Source: a virus. Taken from it: a stretch of 64,000 nucleotides of DNA. The position numbers and the translations under genes were made by a program. Of the stretch, positions 40,163 to 50,412 are shown piece by piece (within the stretch, counting starts at the first letter, position 1; every line of letters begins with the position of its first letter). The DNA is taken from positions 32,001-96,000 of IMG/VR virus record IMGVR_UViG_3300027709_000056; one strand, 5' to 3'. The notes under the pieces were generated by a model, which saw only the letters and a program-made list of their open reading frames with translations, did no database searches and was not told the DNA's origin.

Positions 40163-42738
40163 TGGAAAAAGAATTAGATAAAATTAAAAGAATATTACCT
40201 ATCACTGATGCAGAAATTAGTCCTACTTTTTGTTTAGCCAAATGGCATCATACTACTATCTATCTAGCAACAGGTGAAACGCATAGTTGTTATCATCCTG
40301 CTCCACACAAAATACCTTTAGAAGAACTTAAAGACAATCCAAGTGCTTTACATAATACTATAGAAAAGAAAGACCAACGTAATAAAATGCTATGTGGCGA
40401 AAAGCCAGATGGTTGTAGTTATTGTTGGAAAATTGAAGCTATGGGTAAAGACTATGTAAGTGATAGACATATTAAAACAGCAAGTATATACACACCAGAA
40501 CGAGTTGCAGAAATAAAAGAGAAAGGAAAAGACTTTAATGTTAATCCTGAATACATAGAAATTAGTTTTTCAAATGAATGTAATTTTAAGTGTGGATATT
40601 GTCACCCTAAAGCTAGTAGTAGGTACTGGAAAGAGATAGAAGACCATGGTCCTTATAGTAAATCAAGTACACATAGACAAGATATTGATTGGTTTAAAGT
40701 TTATCAAAATGAAGAAGAGAATCCATATGTAAAAGCATGGTGGGAATGGTGGCCCGAAGTTAGTAAAACATTAAACATTTTGCGTATTACTGGTGGTGAA
40801 CCTTTAATGCACAAAAGTCTTTGGGACTTATTCGAAAAACTAGAAGCAGATCCAAAGCCACATATTCAAATTGAAGTTAATAGTAATATGGGTGTTAAGC
40901 ATTCGTTAGTTGAGAAACTAACAAAAATAGTATTAAGACTTAAAGCAAAAAATTGTATTAAAAGTTTTAAATTATACACAAGTATTGATACGTGGGGACC
41001 TAAAGCTGAATATATTCGTACAGGATTAGATTTAGAATTGTGGGAAAAGAACTTAGATTACTTTTTAAGGAATACTCCTTTCTCTGTTATTTTTATGATT
41101 ACATTTAATATCTTTAGTGTTACAAGTTTTAATTTATTATTAGAAAAAATATTAGAATGGCGTTCTAGGTATAATGGAATTGTAGCTAATCAAGTAAGAT
41201 GGCAAAAAGTACAATTTGATACGCCTCATTTAAAAGAACCTAGTATATATGATATGAATATATTACCTAAAGATGAGTTTATGCCATATATGGAAAAGAA
41301 CTTACAATCTATGATTGAACATCAAGATGATAAAGATAGGAATAAATTTAGTTCATTAGAAGTAGAAAAGTTTAGACGTGTAGTTGACTATATGCGTACA
41401 ACACATTACACACCAGTCAAACTTAAACAAGCTCATAAAGACTTTTATAATTGGTTTACAGAATTTGATAAAAGAAAAAGCACTAATTTAGTTAAAACGT
41501 TTCCTGAATTCGAAGTATTTTATGATGATTGTTTTATGGCAACCATGGAAGGTAAAACTCTTTGTATGCTTCCGTGGGTTCATATGTATGTAGGTGCAGA
41601 TGGAAACGTTTTACCTTGTTGTATAGGTGATTATAAACAGCCTTTAGGTAGTACGCATAAAAATAGCATAAAAGAGATTTGGAATAGTCCGCAATATAAA
41701 AAATTACGTCTGCAAATGCTTAATAACGAGAAACCATCAGCCTGTAATCAATGCTGGAAACACGAAGAAGCAGGAGGTGAAAGTAGTCGTTATAATAAAA
41801 ATAAAATGTTTAAAGAAGATTTACCGTTAATAGAAAAAACTAATAGTGATGGTAGTTTAGATGAAATGAAACTACGTTATATGGATGTACGTTGGAGTAA
41901 TATTTGTAATTTTAAATGTAGAACTTGTAGTGCGTCATTTAGTTCTACTTGGGCTCAAGAAGATAATGAATGCGGTGATAAGAAAGATGTCTTTATTTTT
42001 GCTGGCGGCAAAGATAACGATTCGTTATACGAACAATTTAAACCACATTTTAAAGATGTAAAAGTTTTTTATTTTGCTGGCGGTGAACCGTTAGTTACTG
42101 ATAAGCATTATGATATTTTAGAACACTTAATTGAAACTAATAATACAGATGTTTCATTACAATACAATTCAAATCTTAGTAATTTGTTTTATAAGAAAAA
42201 ATGTGTTACAGAATTATGGAATAAATTTTCTGATGTTAAAGTAGCGGCAAGTTTAGATAGTTGGGGAGACAGAGCTGAATATATTCGTGAAGGAACAGAA
42301 TGGCCTGTAATAATGGACAATTTAAATCGTGTAAAAAAAGATTCACCACACGTAAATATGACGTTCAATAGTGTTATAAGTGTTTTTAATATTTTAACAA
42401 TTACAGATTTTTTAACTTATATGGAAAATAATGGCTTTAAAACTAATCATGGTGTATTATATAATCTTGTTCATCCAGCACATTATCATATAAATGTTTT
42501 ACCTGCTAATTTAAAACAACTAGCATATCAAAAGATTGTAGCTCATGCACAAACAGTCCATAATAAAGGAATGTCTATGCAATTACAAGGTGTGTTAGAT
42601 TATATTAATGATTCAAAATTCGATCAAATGGCACAAATTAATTTTATATCAACTACACTACGTTATGATAAAATAAGAAATAGATCTTTTAGTAAAACAT
42701 TTCCTGAACTTAAAGATGCATTCGGTGATCGTTATTAG
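40162..42738 (+). CDS. Tandem double radical SAM protein; each half has an N-terminal twitch/SPASM-like Cys domain
   Basis: Two CxxxCxxC motifs (CNFKCGYC, CNFKCRTC), two GGEP motifs, two N-terminal FC/LC..W.H...G....C domains. Start set to ATG 40162 (TAATG overlap). Confidence 0.9.
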   Translation: MEKELDKIKRILPITDAEISPTFCLAKWHHTTIYLATGETHSCYHPAPHKIPLEELKDNPSALHNTIEKKDQRNKMLCGEKPDGCSYCWKIEAMGKDYVSDRHIKTASIYTPERVAEIKEKGKDFNVNPEYIEISFSNECNFKCGYCHPKASSRYWKEIEDHGPYSKSSTHRQDIDWFKVYQNEEENPYVKAWWEWWPEVSKTLNILRITGGEPLMHKSLWDLFEKLEADPKPHIQIEVNSNMGVKHSLVEKLTKIVLRLKAKNCIKSFKLYTSIDTWGPKAEYIRTGLDLELWEKNLDYFLRNTPFSVIFMITFNIFSVTSFNLLLEKILEWRSRYNGIVANQVRWQKVQFDTPHLKEPSIYDMNILPKDEFMPYMEKNLQSMIEHQDDKDRNKFSSLEVEKFRRVVDYMRTTHYTPVKLKQAHKDFYNWFTEFDKRKSTNLVKTFPEFEVFYDDCFMATMEGKTLCMLPWVHMYVGADGNVLPCCIGDYKQPLGSTHKNSIKEIWNSPQYKKLRLQMLNNEKPSACNQCWKHEEAGGESSRYNKNKMFKEDLPLIEKTNSDGSLDEMKLRYMDVRWSNICNFKCRTCSASFSSTWAQEDNECGDKKDVFIFAGGKDNDSLYEQFKPHFKDVKVFYFAGGEPLVTDKHYDILEHLIETNNTDVSLQYNSNLSNLFYKKKCVTELWNKFSDVKVAASLDSWGDRAEYIREGTEWPVIMDNLNRVKKDSPHVNMTFNSVISVFNILTITDFLTYMENNGFKTNHGVLYNLVHPAHYHINVLPANLKQLAYQKIVAHAQTVHNKGMSMQLQGVLDYINDSKFDQMAQINFISTTLRYDKIRNRSFSKTFPELKDAFGDRY

Positions 42739-43654
42739 CAGGTTTACGTGTTAGTAGATCATGTCTCATCCTATTTAACCAGTCTACAGGTTGATCGTAA
42801 ATACTAAACTTCTTTTGCCCTCTAGAGATGTCATTCATATGCTTAATCCATTTATTTTGAACTTCTCCAACTGCTTTATCAGTACGATCACTCCAATCAT
42901 GTTTAAAAGTTCTTTTTAAGTAATCATAGTGTTCTAATGGATGTGGATGTCCGTCTTGAAAAACTTTATTAATTAATCTTCGATCAGACTCAAATTTTTG
43001 CATCCAGTTATTATTAAAAAGTACATCATAAAAACTAGGTTTTAAATGAGCCGTTGTATCTAGATACATTTGTTTAAATTGATCAAGTCTCGAATTACCA
43101 AATTTTTTAGGTCTGTCATCAATTTTCTGAGTAACGTCCCATTGGTTTGCAAATTCAATTAAGTTATTCATTTGTATGAAATGCCATTGTGCTTTATGTT
43201 TAAGCATTTCATGAGCACCTTTAATAAAAGCTAAATCTCTAACAATTGCTCCGTACTCACTAAAATACTTGTCTCTCCATTCTTCATCATATATATTTTG
43301 TGTATAAATATTTCCTGGAGTTACCCAAGTACCATACTTTTTTCCGTGCTTACTGTCGTGCGTTTCGCGACCCGGTTCAAAGAATCTATCTTCTCTACTA
43401 ACATTAGTCCATTGTACTATTATTAAATCATAGTGATTAAAATTATAAGCCGCGTCAGCCTGCATTAATGAATTGTAGATATAATGATTGCCAGCACCAG
43501 ATTTACCAAAGTTATAAAACTCAGCTTCATGAAATTCAGTACCTAAAATATTAGCCCATGTAGTCCACAAGTATTGTGTAAAGCTACAACCAAAGCAAAA
43601 TATTCTATTAAGTGGATTGTTTATTAATTTTGTAGCCATTATATTTTTTTTCAC
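42710..43654 (-). CDS. SGNH/GDSL hydrolase-fold protein
   Basis: FCFGCSF (block I), NFGKSGAGN (block II), DGHP (block V). The true start may be the ATG about 15 nt inside the GTG-initiated ORF. Confidence 0.6.
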   Translation of the reverse strand: MKKNIMATKLINNPLNRIFCFGCSFTQYLWTTWANILGTEFHEAEFYNFGKSGAGNHYIYNSLMQADAAYNFNHYDLIIVQWTNVSREDRFFEPGRETHDSKHGKKYGTWVTPGNIYTQNIYDEEWRDKYFSEYGAIVRDLAFIKGAHEMLKHKAQWHFIQMNNLIEFANQWDVTQKIDDRPKKFGNSRLDQFKQMYLDTTAHLKPSFYDVLFNNNWMQKFESDRRLINKVFQDGHPHPLEHYDYLKRTFKHDWSDRTDKAVGEVQNKWIKHMNDISRGQKKFSIYDQPVDWLNRMRHDLLTRKPANNDHRMHL

Positions 43655-43656
43655 TC

Positions 43657-43821
43657 CTAAAGTTTCCCACGCTTCAACATTTCTTTTGTTACTTTGTAGG
43701 GTATTTTTTCAATTTTGCCACCTTTAGCAAGAAATTCTTTCATCATACGATCACGTTCCTCTTGTGTTGTTCTTTTTTCAGGTTTAGTACTAGTGTATGC
43801 TCTGTTTATCTCAATGCCCAT
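43657..43821 (-). CDS. 54-aa SutA-like (RNA-polymerase-binding) protein, missed by the ORF track
   Basis: Manual translation: MGIEINRAYTSTKPEKRTTQEERDRMMKEFLAKGGKIEKIPYKVTKEMLKRGKL*. It fills the gap and overlaps the upstream stop; ERD...EFL..GGK...I resembles the SutA core (recalled from memory). Confidence 0.65.
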   Translation of the reverse strand: MGIEINRAYTSTKPEKRTTQEERDRMMKEFLAKGGKIEKIPYKVTKEMLKRGKL

Positions 43822-45079
43822 TTGCTATCTTTATTATTTTTTTTGCTAGGTTTAACATAGTTTCTTCAGTGTGCTTATTATTATACATAACTTTAAAATT
43901 GTATTTAAGTATATCTCGTTGTTTAAATTTCCATTCTTGGTGTGCACCTTTACTCATATTATCTAGCTCTTTTACTTTATCTTTAATTACCTCAAATAGT
44001 TTGCACCACCGTAGATATGTATCTTCTTCGCTGTCAAAACTGTAATCAAATGTATCTTCATATAATTTATACCCAAATTTTTCTAAGTTTTTGTTAATAT
44101 TTTGTTGTCCCCAAATAATAAAAGGTTGCATATGATATATAGCCCTAAATGTTTTTTCACTCCAAAACATACTAGTTTTATTCCAGTCTTCAACATACGT
44201 TTCATTTACTACCTGAAATAATGTAGTCCAATGTAAATGCGAATGTAAACTCATAGCATGATTAGTTGTAAAGTCTTCAGTATCTGCTATTAAGGGTAAT
44301 TCTTTATAAAACTTTTCTATTTGTTCTTCAGTTATATTAAATCCAGCTGGGAAAGTCTTTTTTAAATTATGTGCTTTTAAAAGTCCACCTTCAAATGCAT
44401 TATGGCTTACTACACCCTTTTCAAATATACCACTGTGAAAAAGCTCATAAGCACTCATTGTTCTATGAGGTCTGTTTACTCTACTAAGACTTAGATAGTA
44501 TTTTTCACCATAATAAAATCTTTTACTATGTTTACGTACCTCTGTATAGCGTTCGTCTATAAGTGTATCAACGTCAGTTCTAGTAGTATCAAGTTCATAA
44601 CGATTATTAACATTTTTTAATCCAAAAAGCATTTTTTCAAAATTATTAAAACAAGCAACATTAATAGATTCTGTTTCGTTATGTTTTTTGTTATATTTTT
44701 TTATGTTTTTAGTATCTAGCATATTTGAAGAAACAAAAATTATTTTTTTAGGACTAATATTATGTTTTTTACAGTTGTTATATAATATATCAAAAAACGG
44801 TAGATCATATAGAGTACTAAAGCCTTCAGTACTTGCATCAAAAAAGAAAAATGATTTTGGATCGTTACGTAATTGTTTAAGATTCTTTTTTCGCAGATAT
44901 TGAAATATATCAACACCGGCTCTCCATTGGGGATATTTTATTAGCACATGAAAAATGGTTATTGTAGGATCGTAGATATCATTCTCTTTAAATGCGTGTA
45001 ACAACTTTACTAAAGCAAGTGAAGTTTCTACTTGGCGTACATATACGTTTGGTTTAATGTAGTAATTTGCTGGAATCAT
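43811..45079 (-). CDS. Putative glycosyltransferase (GT10/exostosin-like C-terminal motif)
   Basis: LSLSRVNRPHR and FQVVNETY...FWSEKTFRAIYHMQPFIIWG resemble the GT10 F.LAFENS...YITEK....A....PIV.G motif. Confidence 0.45.
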   Translation of the reverse strand: MIPANYYIKPNVYVRQVETSLALVKLLHAFKENDIYDPTITIFHVLIKYPQWRAGVDIFQYLRKKNLKQLRNDPKSFFFFDASTEGFSTLYDLPFFDILYNNCKKHNISPKKIIFVSSNMLDTKNIKKYNKKHNETESINVACFNNFEKMLFGLKNVNNRYELDTTRTDVDTLIDERYTEVRKHSKRFYYGEKYYLSLSRVNRPHRTMSAYELFHSGIFEKGVVSHNAFEGGLLKAHNLKKTFPAGFNITEEQIEKFYKELPLIADTEDFTTNHAMSLHSHLHWTTLFQVVNETYVEDWNKTSMFWSEKTFRAIYHMQPFIIWGQQNINKNLEKFGYKLYEDTFDYSFDSEEDTYLRWCKLFEVIKDKVKELDNMSKGAHQEWKFKQRDILKYNFKVMYNNKHTEETMLNLAKKIIKIANGH

Positions 45080-45107
45080 ATATAAAAATCACTGGGTTAA
45101 AATGCCA

Positions 45108-45113
45108 TAAATA
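45108..45113 (+). promoter_or_regulatory. Putative late promoter (TAAATA) for the ugd operon
   Basis: caTAAATAttagc in the divergent intergenic region. Confidence 0.5.
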
Positions 45114-45123
45114 TTAGCTGTAG

Positions 45124-45131
45124 TATTTATA
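45124..45131 (-). promoter_or_regulatory. T4-consensus late promoter TATAAATA
   Basis: Forward tatttata is the exact T4 late consensus on the minus strand, upstream of the 45079 start. Confidence 0.65.
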
Positions 45132-45160
45132 TACGCATATAATGATTTAAGGATAACTTG

Positions 45161-46333
45161 ATGAAGATAGGATTTATTGGTTTAGGAAAACTAGGCTTAC
45201 CATGTGCTGAAGTAGTTGCTGAAAAAGGCCATGATGTTACTGGTTATGATCCTGCAAATATAACAAGTGATTTAGTTAGTATTAAAGAAAAAATCAAAGA
45301 TGCAGTACAAGACAGGGATATTGTTTTTGTTGCTGTTCCAACGCCCCATCATCCAGATTATGACGGTAAAGCTCCTACGGCACACTTAGAACCTAAAGAT
45401 TTTAGTTACGATATTGTTGTTGATGTGTTAAGAGAAGCCAATGAGCATATGACTCAAGAACAGTTGCTAGTCCTTATTAGTACTGTTTTACCTGGTACTA
45501 CTCGCAAAGAATTTGCACCATTAGTTACAAATACTCGCTTTGTTTATAATCCATATTTTATTGCTATGGGAACAGTAGCTTGGGATATGGTAAATCCTGA
45601 AATGGTAATTGTAGGAACTGATACCGGAAAAATAAATGGTGATGCAGAACAGTTAGTAGAATTTTATAAAGGTATAATGGAAAACAAGCCACGGTATGAA
45701 GTATGCACGTGGGACGAATGTGAATGTATTAAAGTTTTTTACAATACATTTATTAGTATGAAAATTGGATTTGTAAATATGATCCAAGATGTTGCTGAAA
45801 AGCAAGGTAATATTAATGTTGATGTAGTCACTAACGCTCTTTCAAAAAGTAAAAATCGAATTATTAGTACCCGATATATGACAGCAGGAATGGGTGATGG
45901 TGGAGCCTGTCATCCAAGAGATAATATTGCATTACGGTATATGGCCAAAAAATTGGACTTGCAATATGATCTGTTTGATGCTATAATGAAAGCTAGAGAA
46001 GTACAGGCTAAAAACATGGCTAAGAAATTAGTCAGTTTAGCCATAAAAAATAACTTGCCAATATTATTAAATGGCATCAGTTATAAACCAGGAGTACCAT
46101 ATATAGATGGAAGTTATAGTTTGTTAGTTGGTCATTATTGTTCAGAAGTTGAATATCATTGTATGAGAGTTGATCCGTTAGTGTGTCCACAGAAAGGACC
46201 ATTTAGTGCAATTGTTTTATTATCACACCCTGAATTGTATTGCTTTTTAAATGACGATAGTATAGTTGTTGACCCATGGAGAAAATATAAATCTAGCAAA
46301 CATAAGGTTATCCATTATGGCAATACGAGATGA
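45161..46333 (+). CDS. UDP-glucose/GDP-mannose dehydrogenase family protein (full length, divergent)
   Basis: GFIGLGKLGLP, FVAVPTP, ISTVLPGTT, NPYF, KVFYNTFISMKI, DGGACHPRD, GISYKPG; AAGGA SD before ATG 45161. Confidence 0.9.
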   Translation: MKIGFIGLGKLGLPCAEVVAEKGHDVTGYDPANITSDLVSIKEKIKDAVQDRDIVFVAVPTPHHPDYDGKAPTAHLEPKDFSYDIVVDVLREANEHMTQEQLLVLISTVLPGTTRKEFAPLVTNTRFVYNPYFIAMGTVAWDMVNPEMVIVGTDTGKINGDAEQLVEFYKGIMENKPRYEVCTWDECECIKVFYNTFISMKIGFVNMIQDVAEKQGNINVDVVTNALSKSKNRIISTRYMTAGMGDGGACHPRDNIALRYMAKKLDLQYDLFDAIMKAREVQAKNMAKKLVSLAIKNNLPILLNGISYKPGVPYIDGSYSLLVGHYCSEVEYHCMRVDPLVCPQKGPFSAIVLLSHPELYCFLNDDSIVVDPWRKYKSSKHKVIHYGNTR

Positions 46334-47184
46334 AAAAAATATTAATAATTGGAGACAGTAACGGATTAGGTGAATGGGGACAAGTTACTCCTGGACCAGG
46401 CGTTGCTAATAACAATAATAATACTATTTTTCGACCGTATAACCAAGACAAATATTTAGAAGGCAAACATCCTAAACCTTTTCAGTTAGTTCATCCAGGG
46501 TTTGGTTACTTTTTAGATTTAAAAGGTCATGCTACTTGTAATCATAGTTTTGGTGGCGCAGGTAATTTTGAATCAATTTTTAAAGCCGAAGAAGCATTAG
46601 GGTTGGCACCGCCTTTTACATCTCCTACTTTTTATACTCCTGATGTTATTATATGGATGTTAACAGAACCTTGTAGAAATTATACTTTAGAATCAAAATA
46701 TATTTGTCAAAATTCTGGACAAGCAGGGTTATGGGATTTAGATAAGCATTATTATAAATTGTACCAACCTAACATTGTTGATAAGATACCAACAATAGCC
46801 GAATTAAATCGTGTGCTTATGAAAACTGCATTTGATGGCGCACAAGACATTTATAATGAATTAAAAATTCCTTTTATTATAATAGAAGGTTGGGGCGAAA
46901 CATATGGTTTAGAAAAAGATTATACTTTTATTAAACATATTCATAAAGGTTGGTTACAAAAAATATTAGGCAAACAAATACCATTGCTTACATCATGGAG
47001 TGCAATTAATAATCTTAAACAGTCAAGACATGATTTAGCTGAAACTGAAGAATTTAAAACAGAAGTTAATAGATATGAAGACGTGATCGATTACATGAAA
47101 CAATCAGATGATTTTCCGGATAACGGACATCCAGGTAGAGAACTTCATAAAAAATTAGCAGATGAGCTAGAACCTTATGTATGA
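46330..47184 (+). CDS. SGNH/GDSL hydrolase-fold protein
   Basis: IIGDSNG, SFGGAGN, DNGHP. Confidence 0.7.
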   Translation: MKKILIIGDSNGLGEWGQVTPGPGVANNNNNTIFRPYNQDKYLEGKHPKPFQLVHPGFGYFLDLKGHATCNHSFGGAGNFESIFKAEEALGLAPPFTSPTFYTPDVIIWMLTEPCRNYTLESKYICQNSGQAGLWDLDKHYYKLYQPNIVDKIPTIAELNRVLMKTAFDGAQDIYNELKIPFIIIEGWGETYGLEKDYTFIKHIHKGWLQKILGKQIPLLTSWSAINNLKQSRHDLAETEEFKTEVNRYEDVIDYMKQSDDFPDNGHPGRELHKKLADELEPYV

Positions 47185-47857
47185 TATAGTCTTTATAAGT
47201 TATGAAGAACCTAATGCAGATAAAGTTTACGAAGACTTAAAAGCTAGGTTTCCCATGGCTAAACGTGTTCATGGAGTAAAAGGAATACACCAGGCACATA
47301 TAGCCGCGGCAAAAAAGTGTTTTACAAAAATGTTTTGGGTAGTAGACGGAGATGCTCAGTTAAAAGAAGATTGGAAGTTTGATTATATTGCAAGTGAATG
47401 GGATCTTGATGCTGTTCATGTATGGCGTTGTCAGAATCCTATTAATTTTTTAGAATATGGACACGGTGGTGTAAAGTTATTGCCAAGGCAACTTACAATA
47501 GATATGGATGTTAGTCATCCTGATATGACAACTAGTATTAGTAATAAATTTTTTGCCCATCAAGAGATTAGTAATACTACAGCATTTAGTACAGATCCTT
47601 TTAATACGTGGAAAAGTGCATTCCGAGAATGTGTTAAATTATCAAGTAAACTTATTAGAGGACAAGTAGACGAAGAAACTGAAATGCGATTAATGGTGTG
47701 GTGTAATGAAGGTAAAGGAAAACCTAATGGCGACTATGCTATAATGGGTGCAAGAGCAGGTAAGAAGTACGGAGAAGAAAATATAGGTAATAAGGAAGCA
47801 CTATTTAAAATTAATGATTTTAAGTGGCTTAAAGAAATGTATGATAGAGAAAATTAA
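47177..47857 (+). CDS. GT-A-like glycosyltransferase
   Basis: DIVFISYEEPNA...RVHGVKGIHQAH...WVVDGD; paralog of 38961. Confidence 0.55.
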   Translation: MYDIVFISYEEPNADKVYEDLKARFPMAKRVHGVKGIHQAHIAAAKKCFTKMFWVVDGDAQLKEDWKFDYIASEWDLDAVHVWRCQNPINFLEYGHGGVKLLPRQLTIDMDVSHPDMTTSISNKFFAHQEISNTTAFSTDPFNTWKSAFRECVKLSSKLIRGQVDEETEMRLMVWCNEGKGKPNGDYAIMGARAGKKYGEENIGNKEALFKINDFKWLKEMYDREN

Positions 47858-48803
47858 AGAAAACATAACCAAAGTTGGATTAAAAACTTTAATTGAAAAT
47901 AAAGATCTTTTTACTGTTAGTTGGATTCTTGGACGATTTTGTAATTACGATTGTAGTTATTGTTGGCCGTATGCTAAAAGTAAAACTGTAGATCATAGAC
48001 CTCTTTTACAATATATCGGAACAATGGATGAAATTAAAAGTCAGGCTAGAGTAAATGGCTTTACAAAGTTTCATTTTAGTTTTAGTGGAGGCGAACCTAC
48101 AGCATATAAAGGTCTAATAGATTTACTTAAAGCATATAAAGAACCTGTTAGTAATTATCTTAGTGTGCATATGACTACTAATGCTAGTCCAGGATTTAAT
48201 TGGTGGAATAAATGGTTAACAGCAACAGACGGATTAGATCGTAAAAGTTTAACGGCAAGTTATCATGCAGAGTTTTCTAATGAAAAAGAGTTTGCAGGTA
48301 AACTTAAATTTTTACAGGAGCACGGAGTATTAGTTACAATTAATCAAGTTATGGTTCCAGATCGTTGGGATGAATACTATGGGAGAGCGTTACGTTTTAA
48401 AGATGAAGGATTGCACGTAACCCTTAAACCACAAAGTAATCCAACTGCAAGTTCTGTTGTAGAAGGATATACATTTGAGCAATGGGAAATATTACAAAAC
48501 GAAATGCAGATGGATATAAATCAGATGTTATTATTTGATACTGATGGAAAACAGTACGAATTAGATCAAGCAGAACGACTTAATGCTTATGAGTTTAATA
48601 AATTTAAAGGTTGGACTTGTAATGCTGGCTACCAAAGTTGTATTATCCGTGAACCAGGTGGCGAAATTAAAAGAGGCTATAGTTGTCATGACGAGCCGTT
48701 AGGTACTATTGATGAAGGATTTACTTTATTTAAAGAACCACGTGAGTGTATTACACCAACGTGTGTAAGTAGTGCAGATAGTAAGATACCAAAATGGAAA
48801 TAA
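47841..48803 (+). CDS. Radical SAM protein with C-terminal Cys-rich (SPASM-like) domain
   Basis: CNYDCSYC, FSGGEPT, C-terminal WTCNAG...SC...C...C. Start set to ATG 47841. Confidence 0.9.
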   Translation: MIEKIKENITKVGLKTLIENKDLFTVSWILGRFCNYDCSYCWPYAKSKTVDHRPLLQYIGTMDEIKSQARVNGFTKFHFSFSGGEPTAYKGLIDLLKAYKEPVSNYLSVHMTTNASPGFNWWNKWLTATDGLDRKSLTASYHAEFSNEKEFAGKLKFLQEHGVLVTINQVMVPDRWDEYYGRALRFKDEGLHVTLKPQSNPTASSVVEGYTFEQWEILQNEMQMDINQMLLFDTDGKQYELDQAERLNAYEFNKFKGWTCNAGYQSCIIREPGGEIKRGYSCHDEPLGTIDEGFTLFKEPRECITPTCVSSADSKIPKWK

Positions 48804-49798
48804 TTGAAGTAAAAAATGATGGTTGGTCAAATGACTTGTTAAGAGTCGATGTTGCAATCGGAAATATCTGTAATTATAAGTGTTGGTATTGTTGGCCAGA
48901 ATCTCATGCTGGAAATATTAAATGGCCCGATTTTGATTCTTATGTTAAAAATCTTTCACATTTATTAGATTATTATTTAGAGAATAGTGAAAAGAAACGA
49001 TTTGATATTACTCTTATGGGTGGCGAAGTTACTCATTGGAAAAGATTTACAGATCTTATAAAATATTTTAAAGAAAGATATGATTGTATCTTTACATTAA
49101 CAACTAATGCTTCTAAAAAAATATCTTGGTGGCAAGATGCTTACAAATATTTAGATTATGTTAATATAAGTGTTCACCACGAATTTTCAGACCCTAATCA
49201 TCTTAAAGACGTTGCAGATTTTTTATATGAGAAAAATGTTTATCTTGTAACACTTGTTCTAATGGATCCGTTAGCTTGGGATAAGTGTACAGATATAGTT
49301 GATACTTTAAAAACTAGTAAACATAGATGGACAATAAAACAAATGCCAATAGTTGAACATGGTGATATAAAAATTGTATATACAGATGAGCAAAAGAATG
49401 TTCTTAATACATTAAGAGCACGTAAACCTAATATTTGGTATTATTGGAGGTCTAATAAAAGTTATAAAAGTAAAGTAAAAGTAATAGACACTAATAATAA
49501 GAAACACTCTTTTGAAGACAACGAAATACTACGAAGAGTTTTTACTGAAGAATCTTCACGTAAACTTAATAATTTTAAAGGTTGGGAATGTGATGTAGGA
49601 GTTCATTGGATAGCAATTAAGTCCAATGGACAAATATCAGGTATTTGTAATAATGGATTATATGATGAAGGAAAAACATATAATTTAAATGATGTCGATT
49701 TTAAAACAACCTTTAGACCGAAAATTACACCTACAATATGTGAGCAGGCCGCTTGTTGGTGTGGGTTTGAAACTGATATGCCTAAAAGAAAATTATGA
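48794..49798 (+). CDS. Radical SAM protein with C-terminal Cys-rich (SPASM-like) domain
   Basis: CNYKCWYC, MGGEVT, WECDVG...GIC...CEQAACWC. Confidence 0.9.
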   Translation: MEIIEVKNDGWSNDLLRVDVAIGNICNYKCWYCWPESHAGNIKWPDFDSYVKNLSHLLDYYLENSEKKRFDITLMGGEVTHWKRFTDLIKYFKERYDCIFTLTTNASKKISWWQDAYKYLDYVNISVHHEFSDPNHLKDVADFLYEKNVYLVTLVLMDPLAWDKCTDIVDTLKTSKHRWTIKQMPIVEHGDIKIVYTDEQKNVLNTLRARKPNIWYYWRSNKSYKSKVKVIDTNNKKHSFEDNEILRRVFTEESSRKLNNFKGWECDVGVHWIAIKSNGQISGICNNGLYDEGKTYNLNDVDFKTTFRPKITPTICEQAACWCGFETDMPKRKL

Positions 49799-50412
49799 AG
49801 ATAGATATTAATGATATAGCTTATTGGATGGATGCAATCCGTGATGAAGAAAATCATCAACGTTATCATATGCTAGAAAGCTTCTGGCACGGACAACTTA
49901 AAAGTAAAGTTTGGTTATGTGAAGAACTTCCTAAAGTTACTCATGCAACAACAAATAAAATAGTTATTTTTGGCGGTTGGTATGGAGTATTATCAACAAT
50001 GCTTTTTAATAGTGAGCTTGGTGTTAGACATATTACGAGTGTTGATATTGATCCTAAATGTGAAGAGATAGCAGTAAAGATGAATAAAAAATATGAAATG
50101 GCTGAACCGTCTACTTTTAAGGCAGTTACAGCAGATATGTGTGATTACGAATATACAGAACATCCGCAGATTGTTATTAATTTAAGTTGTGAACATATTA
50201 CGCAAAAACAATATGAGGCTTGGCTAGAAAAAATAGATCCTGATACATGGATAGTTGTACAAAGTAATAATTTTGCATCACATAAAGAACATATTAATTG
50301 TTCTGATAGTCTTGATGATTTTAAATGGAAATCTAAAATTAGTAAACCTTTTTATACAGGAACATTAGAATTACCTAAATATGATAGGTATATGATAATT
50401 GGAAGAAAATGA
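49795..50412 (+). CDS. Class I SAM-dependent methyltransferase
   Basis: IVIFGGWYGVL (motif I variant), SVDIDP, TADM, INLSCEH. Confidence 0.75.
   Translation: MKIDINDIAYWMDAIRDEENHQRYHMLESFWHGQLKSKVWLCEELPKVTHATTNKIVIFGGWYGVLSTMLFNSELGVRHITSVDIDPKCEEIAVKMNKKYEMAEPSTFKAVTADMCDYEYTEHPQIVINLSCEHITQKQYEAWLEKIDPDTWIVVQSNNFASHKEHINCSDSLDDFKWKSKISKPFYTGTLELPKYDRYMIIGRK

Noticed and set aside
43643-43651. Homopolymer T-tract as a phase-variation switch for the SGNH gene
   Set aside because: The likely true ATG is downstream of the tract, and such runs are common at this AT content.
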